This document shows, piece after piece, positions 1 to 6,015 of a stretch of DNA of 38,927 nt. Under the pieces are notes generated by a model, which was given only the letters and a program-made list of their open reading frames with translations, did not search any database and had not been told where the DNA came from. The position numbers and the translations under genes were made by a program. The DNA is taken from the IMG/VR virus record IMGVR_UViG_3300028833_000309, positions 1 through 38,927 of that record; one strand, written 5' to 3'. Numbering within the stretch: position 1 is the first letter of the stretch; every line of letters begins with the position of its first letter. Origin of the DNA: a virus.

Positions 1-133
1 TGAAGAGTTGCTCCAAGGTTCCAACCTAGGAATGAGAATGTTCTGATACCAGGAGTAGAGCTTGTCGAGTAATGTTGGTGTGCAATCGCTATGTCCTTTG
101 ATAAGGTCATCGCAGATACATATGTCCACATCT
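1..133. repeat. Terminal direct repeat / circular overlap, left copy (matches 38794-38927)
   Basis: 1-133 equals 38794-38927 except the left copy reads gagttgctcc where the right copy reads gagtttgctcc (1-nt indel). Unit genome length is about 38793 bp. Confidence 0.97.
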
Positions 134-582
134 CTTCCTGTGATTGGTCCTCCTACTCCTACGAGTTTGATGCTGCCAAGGAGTTCGCCTTGTTTGTTCT
201 CGAATCTGAACCTGCTTTTGGCATGTTCTTTCTCGGATAGGTAAATGTTCCTGGTTGATAAGAGTTCTTGGTTGTCTATGAATAGTTGTCGGAGTATCAT
301 TCCGAAATCATCTGCCAACCCTTGACTGTAGTTCACGATTAGTATGTTAAGGGTTGGGTTCATCAGTATTAGCCAGAACGGGAAGCTTAATGTGATTAGT
401 GATGATTTGCCAGTCCTTGGCGGTTGAGATACTGTTAAACGGTCTGGTTGGTTATCATCAAGTATTGTCTCCATTAGTAAGTCGCTGATGTATTTTATAT
501 GTTCAGCTGGCATACTGTCCTTGACTGTTAGTGTGGAGTAGACATCGTATGGTGTGATGTCTTCAATTGCTTCTAATGTCAT
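1..582 (-). CDS. terL: Terminase large subunit, N-terminal part (continues across the origin into 38793-37973; about 467 aa total)
   Basis: Translated by hand from ATG at 582: MTLEAIEDITPY...SQPPRTGKSSLIT (Walker A)...GGPITGRDVDICICDD (Walker B). The GTG at 129 is in frame (453 nt from 582) and is the same base as 38923, which starts the 316-aa track ORF. Confidence 0.93.
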   Translation of the reverse strand, partial: MTLEAIEDITPYDVYSTLTVKDSMPAEHIKYISDLLMETILDDNQPDRLTVSQPPRTGKSSLITLSFPFWLILMNPTLNILIVNYSQGLADDFGMILRQLFIDNQELLSTRNIYLSEKEHAKSRFRFENKQGELLGSIKLVGVGGPITGRDVDICICDDLIKGHSDCTPTLLDKLYSWYQNILIPRLEPWSNSS

Positions 583-985
583 CTAGTTCTTCTCGTTTCT
601 GTTTAATCTTTTCGAGTAGGTTAACTGTTACTTCTGATTTGACTTCGGCATCTATCTTTGCCTCTGTATAGGTTCTTTCACCGTAAAGGTCTTGTCTTCT
701 TTTGATGAGCCACCATTTGGCTTCACGTGCATCGTGTGGTATTGCATCTATGATTGGTTTCTCTGCCCTATGTGTTGCTTTGTCCTCGGCATTGTCCACA
801 TCACAGTAGAATTGCTTATATTTACCACTTTTGGCGTTTTTGCCTTTATCGTACCAATTGTAATAGGTTTGTCTGCTTATGCCTACTATTGCACAAGCTG
901 CTCCTATACTATGACCTTTACTGATTGCTTCACAGAACCTTGCACTTAGTTCTGGTGTTAATTTGGCATTGTATTTTTTAGCCAT
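563..985 (-). CDS. terS: Terminase small subunit (HTH type)
   Basis: HTH GHSIGAACAIVGISRQTYYNW and a WWLIKRR motif; overlaps the terL start. Confidence 0.85.
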   Translation of the reverse strand: MAKKYNAKLTPELSARFCEAISKGHSIGAACAIVGISRQTYYNWYDKGKNAKSGKYKQFYCDVDNAEDKATHRAEKPIIDAIPHDAREAKWWLIKRRQDLYGERTYTEAKIDAEVKSEVTVNLLEKIKQKREELDDIRSN

Positions 986-1030
986 AGTATCCTCTTCTAT
1001 TAATATTAGTTAGTATGTGTCAAAACTTGT

Positions 1031-1366
1031 CTATATCATTTTGAAGTATACATTGATTAGTATGGTGATGATGGTTAGTCCGACTCCGACTATTGCTACG
1101 ATTTGTGTTAATCTGTTATGGTTCTCCAACGAGGTATGTTTCTGTAGTGCGAGTTCTGTCTCTATCGCCTTGAGTCTTAATTCGAGTTGATTGTCATCCT
1201 TATTAGACTGGAGCTTTAACTCGTTGAACCCTTCCAATACTTTATCTAGTTTTTTGTCCATCTTATCTATCTTATCTCTCAATTCATCAATCCTTTGTGT
1301 CTCATAGTCCTGATGGACCTTTAATTGTGTAATGGTGGGTTCCTGTATACAAGCATGCTCAGTCAT
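1031..1366 (-). CDS. Coiled-coil protein with C-terminal transmembrane helix
   Basis: Heptad-rich RIDELRDKIDKMDKKLDKV followed by hydrophobic IVAIVGVGLTIITILINVY. Confidence 0.7.
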   Translation of the reverse strand: MTEHACIQEPTITQLKVHQDYETQRIDELRDKIDKMDKKLDKVLEGFNELKLQSNKDDNQLELRLKAIETELALQKHTSLENHNRLTQIVAIVGVGLTIITILINVYFKMI

Positions 1367-1372
1367 CGTAAA

Positions 1373-1498
1373 TCAATGTCCTTGGATTACTTCTCCAGTG
1401 CTGATGTCAATGGTTTCATCACGGTGTGGATCATACTTCAACACAGGATGGCCTTCTTCATCTACTGTTACTGTTTTCCAGTTCCTTGTTTCATCCAT
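1373..1498 (-). CDS. 41-aa peptide resembling a cysteine-free TFB/TFIIB zinc ribbon (not in ORF track)
   Basis: MDETRNWKTVTVDEEGHPVLKYDPHRDETIDISTGEVIQGH; fills the gap exactly and stops 6 nt before the next ATG. The coding call is fairly secure; the function is inference. Confidence 0.6.
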   Translation of the reverse strand: MDETRNWKTVTVDEEGHPVLKYDPHRDETIDISTGEVIQGH

Positions 1499-1552
1499 AT
1501 TAATCAATAAAAATTTTAAAAAATAGTTTCTCTTATTATAATTGTTATCGAG
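1499..1552 (-). promoter_or_regulatory. AT-rich intergenic region; candidate late promoter and/or terminator
   Basis: Minus strand AAGAGAAACTATTTTTTAAAATTTTT is a purine-rich BRE-like run plus a TATA-like TTTTAAA. It is the only sizeable gap upstream of the terS operon. Confidence 0.35.
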
Positions 1553-1978
1553 TCATCCATAAAATCGTTGTATGTAGTGTTGTATTATTCCTATCTGGAA
1601 TCTTGTGAATGTGTTTGTTGTTAGGTCGTATCTTCGTAGTAGTGATTGGTAGTCTGATAATTGTCGGTTTTGGTTGTTTTCAAGTTTGGTGTAGATTATT
1701 ATCATTATTATTTGTTGTTTGATTGTTAGGTTTGCATTGTCCATGCTCAAGTGTTTTACTAGGTATCTCATCCTCTTTTTTTCTTGTGGTGTTATTATGA
1801 AGTTTCCGTGGAGTTCATTTATGATTCCTTCCAGTAGGTTGTACTTGTCATAGGTTCTTTGTTCTCGCATATTTTTAACTGCGTGTTCTGTACTCCATAG
1901 TTCGCCTTTAACTAATTTTTCGGTTCGTCTGTCTCTATAGTAATATTTGTTTAGGAGAAATTCGTAGTCTCTATCCAT
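1553..1978 (-). CDS. Hypothetical alpha-helical protein, possible single TFB-like cyclin repeat
   Basis: ORF is well supported; LTIKQQIIMIIIYTKLENNQNRQLSDY loosely resembles the TFB core repeat pattern (RSIE..AA.VY..CR....RTL.EI). Confidence 0.45.
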   Translation of the reverse strand: MDRDYEFLLNKYYYRDRRTEKLVKGELWSTEHAVKNMREQRTYDKYNLLEGIINELHGNFIITPQEKKRMRYLVKHLSMDNANLTIKQQIIMIIIYTKLENNQNRQLSDYQSLLRRYDLTTNTFTRFQIGIIQHYIQRFYG

Positions 1979-2255
1979 ACATCATATCCTCCTTGAATAG
2001 TTGTGGTGTTTCTAGCATTTGAGCGTATATTATTTCGATTGTGTTTATAGTGTCTTTGTTAAGTATCTTTGCAAATTCCTCTCCCTTCGGTGATGGTACT
2101 ATGATTATGATGTGGTCTTCGTCTTCATATGTGATTTGTGCCATCGTGTAGGTGAATAGGTCTGTGTGGATTATTAGGCTTATTTCGTTCCAGTGCAATC
2201 CTAATGCTTGTTCTTTGCTTATTCTTTCTAATAGTAGAGTGTAGTTTAATCGCAT
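1971..2255 (-). CDS. Hypothetical protein (94 aa)
   Basis: Operon-style overlaps at both ends; no recognised motif. Confidence 0.6.
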   Translation of the reverse strand: MRLNYTLLLERISKEQALGLHWNEISLIIHTDLFTYTMAQITYEDEDHIIIIVPSPKGEEFAKILNKDTINTIEIIYAQMLETPQLFKEDMMYG

Positions 2256-2416
2256 ACTATCTCTTTAATTTTTTCTTTGACTTCATCCATTTGGATTTGT
2301 ATTTGAAGTAATCGTGTTTGCAGGTATTGGTTTTCTAGATCGTGGCAGTATAGTAGTAGGTATTTCCAGTATAGTTGGCTGTATAGTTGGTATAGTTGGC
2401 AGTAATCGAGTAACAT
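2246..2416 (-). CDS. 56-aa hypothetical protein with QLY tandem repeats (not in ORF track)
   Basis: MLLDYCQLYQLYSQLYWKYLLLYCHDLENQYLQTRLLQIQIQMDEVKEKIKEIVCD; fills the gap between HNH and the 1971-2255 ORF. Confidence 0.5.
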   Translation of the reverse strand: MLLDYCQLYQLYSQLYWKYLLLYCHDLENQYLQTRLLQIQIQMDEVKEKIKEIVCD

Positions 2417-2418
2417 AA

Positions 2419-2904
2419 TTATTTCTCCATATCAGATAGCTTAATCCATTCCAAACCTTTAGCTTTAACTTTCTGTTCTAATTTTTTAATATCTGCAGAA
2501 TAGATTACTTTATGTTTACCATTCTCATAATACATATAACGATAGATAAATCCTTGCTTAGTATTTTTCTTCATTCTTGAAACTCTGAAATATCCGGCAG
2601 TATTTCTGGCTTCAGAAATCTTTTTTCTTGTTTGTTCTGAACGTGATTTGCCATAATTATGGTTTTTTTCACCAGTTTTATGATGAGTAGTATGTTCTGA
2701 ATGTCTAACTAACTGTAGATTCATTATACAATTATTTAATGTATTTTCATCTTTATGATGGATAGTAAATCCTTTAGGCACTTCTGACCTATAAAAATCT
2801 TCCCATATTAATCTATGCAAATATTTTAAATGATTTCCTTCTTTTCGTGAAGTTATTTTATAATAACCATTATTTATTGTAGCATTACCAAATTTAGTTT
2901 TCAT
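2419..2904 (-). CDS. HNH homing-type endonuclease with NUMOD3-like motif
   Basis: YLHRLIW...TIHHKDENTLNNCIMNLQLVRHSEHTTHH (HNH_3-like) and HNYGKSRSEQTRKKISEAR (NUMOD3-like). Start at 2904 preferred (GGTGA RBS, ATGA overlap). Confidence 0.9.
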   Translation of the reverse strand: MKTKFGNATINNGYYKITSRKEGNHLKYLHRLIWEDFYRSEVPKGFTIHHKDENTLNNCIMNLQLVRHSEHTTHHKTGEKNHNYGKSRSEQTRKKISEARNTAGYFRVSRMKKNTKQGFIYRYMYYENGKHKVIYSADIKKLEQKVKAKGLEWIKLSDMEK

Positions 2905-3680
2905 AGTCTCACCATTTCTGGACAAGTTTCATCAATATTAAAAATAGTAACTGTAGTGTTTAAATTCTTATCAACATTAACCCTTGTGAAACATTCAGGA
3001 ATTGGTTTTAAGCTCATCTCTTCAGCATAACTATCTTTATAGGATAGGAAATGTCCTGTAAGTACAAAGGTTTTTCGTTTGTATTCGTTGTTGATTAGGT
3101 TTACTTGTTGTATGCTTCCTGCTCGGTGTATATGGCCATAGAATAGTAGGTCTGCATTGATGTAACCTGTTTCTCTCATTACTTTCCCATATGCTAGGTG
3201 TGGTTGTACTGGTGCTGAACCTTTGCCATGTGTTGCGAATATATTGTAAGGTTCTTCATTGATGATTAATGTGTCTTTCAATTGTGATACACTTTTACAG
3301 TCAAAACGGTCTGCCAATACTTGTGTCAGTTCAAAATCAAAATCTTTCAATAACCTTTTGCTATCGTGGTTTCCTTTGGTTACTCCACAAATATAATCTT
3401 TTAAAGGTTCAAAGTATTTTATGGCGGTTTCTAATTGCTCATTCACATTTATGTTTTGCTTAAAAGCTGAATTGCCTACACTTTTGCTGCCGACTTCTAA
3501 AATGTCTCCATTCAAGTAGATTATTTTTTGGTGTTTGTCTTTCTTTATTAGGTTTAAAGCATATTCGAAGTAGTCTTTGTTGAATACATTAGAGCCTATG
3601 TGTGTGTCGCTTATGCAGTAGATGTGTAATGGTTTTTTGTTTATGTCATATTCTTTTAGGTTTGTTTCTTTGTCGGTCAT
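2901..3680 (-). CDS. Calcineurin-like metallophosphoesterase
   Basis: All five motifs present: SDTHIG, NGDILE, GNHD, THG, GHIH. Start at 3680 (MTDKET, GAGGA RBS) preferred over 3803. Confidence 0.9.
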   Translation of the reverse strand: MTDKETNLKEYDINKKPLHIYCISDTHIGSNVFNKDYFEYALNLIKKDKHQKIIYLNGDILEVGSKSVGNSAFKQNINVNEQLETAIKYFEPLKDYICGVTKGNHDSKRLLKDFDFELTQVLADRFDCKSVSQLKDTLIINEEPYNIFATHGKGSAPVQPHLAYGKVMRETGYINADLLFYGHIHRAGSIQQVNLINNEYKRKTFVLTGHFLSYKDSYAEEMSLKPIPECFTRVNVDKNLNTTVTIFNIDETCPEMVRL

Positions 3681-3715
3681 TTTATCCTCTATTTTTTGTC
3701 GGAATCGTTGTCCTT

Positions 3716-3934
3716 TCATATGCGATCGTCGAATAGTTTCATCTTGTTGAAGTGGTGTTCTTTTTTGTTTGCATCGTGTTTTAGTATGAATTGGTTTATC
3801 CATCTGCTCTTCTTATGGCAGATTGGGCAGTTTAGTGTATATGATTTAAAGAAAATAAAGTGCAGTTTTAGTAGTGGTTCATATTTCTTAATAGTCGAAC
3901 CGCAATAACTGCACCTAATTGAATAAGTTTTCAT
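3716..3934 (-). CDS. Small zinc-finger protein
   Basis: CSYC...CPIC pairs. Confidence 0.65.
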   Translation of the reverse strand: MKTYSIRCSYCGSTIKKYEPLLKLHFIFFKSYTLNCPICHKKSRWINQFILKHDANKKEHHFNKMKLFDDRI

Positions 3935-3950
3935 TTACTTGTACCTCTGT

Positions 3951-4037
3951 TTAATTATTTAGGTATCTTTGCACTAGGTATAAGAGGGTTAATATTATTG
4001 CTCCTATGATTATTAGTGCTATTATGTTATAGTTCAT
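3951..4037 (-). CDS. 28-aa single-transmembrane peptide (not in ORF track)
   Basis: MNYNIIALIIIGAIILTLLYLVQRYLNN; GAGGAG RBS upstream; abuts the previous stop. Confidence 0.55.
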   Translation of the reverse strand: MNYNIIALIIIGAIILTLLYLVQRYLNN

Positions 4038-4151
4038 TTATTGGTTCTCCTCTAAAATTGTAAGGGATAATGATTCACAACCCCTACACCTTTTGCTTTC
4101 CTTGTTGGTTAATTGTTTATGATGTCTTAAGCAATACCAGTATTTCTCCAT
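4038..4151 (-). CDS. 37-aa Cys/His peptide (not in ORF track)
   Basis: MEKYWYCLRHHKQLTNKESKRCRGCESLSLTILEENQ; starts 2 nt after the upstream stop. Confidence 0.5.
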   Translation of the reverse strand: MEKYWYCLRHHKQLTNKESKRCRGCESLSLTILEENQ

Positions 4152-4153
4152 TT

Positions 4154-4621
4154 TTATGGTCTCCTTAAATAAACCCTACTATATGAATATTTTTCTTTTC
4201 CACAGCAGCCACAGAAATCGCTGCTGCACCTTGCACAAGTGTACTCTCGCTCTGGAACACCCTTTGGGTTTTTTCGTAGTGTTCCGTAGTGATGACAGTT
4301 AGGGCAGTAGTTTATGAATGTCCTGTAATGCCAAGTGTACTTATAGTTGCAACCGCAGGATGGTTTAGCATACATACCTATGGTGGAGTATTTGGGTTTC
4401 TGCACTACAACATTATAATTCTCAATATGTCCTTTGGAACGGTTGACGATTATATCATCGTAATGCACTCCACCGATTAGTGTGCAGTTGCTGGTGTTCA
4501 TTTGGCTATTGTTCTCTGTTGTTATGATTGGGTCTGCATAATCGACACCAGCACAGACTGATAAAAGGAGCAATGCTCCTAATATCGCTAAAAGTAAAGC
4601 TTTGATGTTGTCAGTAATCAC
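4154..4621 (-). CDS. Exported/membrane-anchored protein with C-terminal Cys-rich (NYCP..C...C..C) domain
   Basis: N-terminal hydrophobic ALLLAILGALLLLSVCAG; the C-terminal domain aligns with the N-terminus of 25345-26460. The GTG start lies within the GGAGGTGA RBS, so the start is uncertain. Confidence 0.7.
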   Translation of the reverse strand: MITDNIKALLLAILGALLLLSVCAGVDYADPIITTENNSQMNTSNCTLIGGVHYDDIIVNRSKGHIENYNVVVQKPKYSTIGMYAKPSCGCNYKYTWHYRTFINYCPNCHHYGTLRKNPKGVPEREYTCARCSSDFCGCCGKEKYSYSRVYLRRP

Positions 4622-4931
4622 CTCCTAAACTTTTGAAATCCAATACTTCTTTGGCTTCCTTGTTCAATTTCACTATTTCGTTAGCATATAATTGCTCATC
4701 TTCCTCTTTCTCTTTCAGTTTGGCTTTTAATTTTTTGTTTTCTATCCTTAATTTCGCATTTTCACTATCGCTTTCTCCACACAAGTCTTGAAGTTTACGA
4801 ATGATGGCTTGTTGCTCATTCAACATCTCACAAAGCACATCAAAACCATACAATTGAACACAACCATTATCTTCAATATACTCCACATCTCCCTTTTTGC
4901 AGAGAACAAATCGTTTCTCATTCATCATCAA
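4611..4931 (-). CDS. Small coiled-coil protein, MxEKRF / LNEQ paralogue family
   Basis: MMMNEKRF...MLNEQQAIIRKL plus coiled coil. Confidence 0.7.
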   Translation of the reverse strand: MMMNEKRFVLCKKGDVEYIEDNGCVQLYGFDVLCEMLNEQQAIIRKLQDLCGESDSENAKLRIENKKLKAKLKEKEEDEQLYANEIVKLNKEAKEVLDFKSLGGDY

Positions 4932-4936
4932 TCACC

Positions 4937-5128
4937 TTAAAAATAATTAATTGGATTTTCTTTAATATCCTTTAATTCTTGTCGCAACTGCTCATTCTCT
5001 TCATAGAGTTTATTCAACAAATCTACAACTTCACTATATTTCAAATAAGTAGAACGAGGATTCCCTTTCTTTTGAATGAGAGTATACTCATCATTTGCAA
5101 GAGTTGTAAAAAATCGTTTCTCACTCAT
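4937..5128 (-). CDS. Small coiled-coil protein, MxEKRF paralogue family
   Basis: MSEKRF...VVDLLNKLYEENEQL. Confidence 0.7.
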   Translation of the reverse strand: MSEKRFFTTLANDEYTLIQKKGNPRSTYLKYSEVVDLLNKLYEENEQLRQELKDIKENPINYF

Positions 5129-5384
5129 CTTCTAACTCCTTTGGTATTAAACTACAATGTTCATTCTTATGTAAAAAATTCACTACATAACCTTGTTGTT
5201 GAGCATTTACTAACTCTTCAAGCAATATGTCAATGGTGGCTTGTTGCTCATTCAACTTTTTAGTTACTTGTAAAGCAGTCATTCGCTTTTCCTTTTCATT
5301 ATCCCATACAAAAAAGGTATGCTCATCAAACATCAGAGTATACCTGCCATTAGTCCACTTATGAATATCTTTACTCATCTTCAA
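5121..5384 (-). CDS. Small protein, LNEQQA paralogue family
   Basis: VTKKLNEQQATIDIL; shares a 20-bp exact repeat with 4611-4931. Confidence 0.7.
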   Translation of the reverse strand: MKMSKDIHKWTNGRYTLMFDEHTFFVWDNEKEKRMTALQVTKKLNEQQATIDILLEELVNAQQQGYVVNFLHKNEHCSLIPKELEDE

Positions 5385-5583
5385 TCACCCCTTTCAGTTC
5401 CATAAGACAAGCGATTATATCCCATTGAATATTGATTAGCATCTGTTGCTTTTTCACCTTTCTGTCATATTTTCGTAGGTCATCGTGTAAATCACTAATG
5501 ACATTGCAGAGTCTTTTATCTTCTTTTTCCAGTTCGTTTATCCTTTCGCTCATCGCTATGATTTGGTCTTTCTCATCAGTCAT
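5371..5583 (-). CDS. Small coiled-coil protein
   Basis: SERINELEKEDKRL heptads; overlapping start/stop with neighbours. Confidence 0.65.
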   Translation of the reverse strand: MTDEKDQIIAMSERINELEKEDKRLCNVISDLHDDLRKYDRKVKKQQMLINIQWDIIACLMELKGVIEDE

Positions 5584-5900
5584 ACTTCATCGTACTCCTC
5601 ACACGCAGCATTATCCGCTCGACACACCTTCTTGAATGGCAAATGAGTACAGATACCTATCTCGGCTTTGATGTGTTTATTATAATCCCATCTTCGCCAA
5701 TATTTGCAATTACCGTGGCATCGTAACTTCTTGTCCTTTGTGATGTACCTTGTATACTGTTCGACATCTGAAAGGAAAGGTAAAGGACAATCCCTTTCAA
5801 AACAAATATCAAACAAATACTTGCCCAACTTCATACAAACCCGTCCAGTATTAAAAGGACACTTAGTACAATCACTAGTTGTCTCGTAAACTACCCTCAT
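5580..5900 (-). CDS. Cys-rich protein with two small metal-binding modules
   Basis: DCTKCPF...VC...DCP and CHGNCKYW...IC...ACEEY. Confidence 0.65.
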   Translation of the reverse strand: MRVVYETTSDCTKCPFNTGRVCMKLGKYLFDICFERDCPLPFLSDVEQYTRYITKDKKLRCHGNCKYWRRWDYNKHIKAEIGICTHLPFKKVCRADNAACEEYDEV

Positions 5901-6015
5901 CCTTCAAACACTCCTTAAAGAAGATATAATCTCTAATATTAAGTATCTCATTACTCAAACCAAGTAAAAAGAACAAATTAATAATACTAAACACTAACAA
6001 AACATATTCAATCAT
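5875..6015 (-). CDS. 46-aa membrane peptide (not in ORF track)
   Basis: MIEYVLLVFSIINLFFLLGLSNEIL...; ATGA overlap with the nrdD stop. Confidence 0.5.
   Translation of the reverse strand: MIEYVLLVFSIINLFFLLGLSNEILNIRDYIFFKECLKDEGSLRDN

Noticed and set aside
1-10. Apparent frameshift in terL from the missing T in the left repeat copy
   Set aside because: The right copy is in frame; an error at the contig end is more likely than pseudogenisation.
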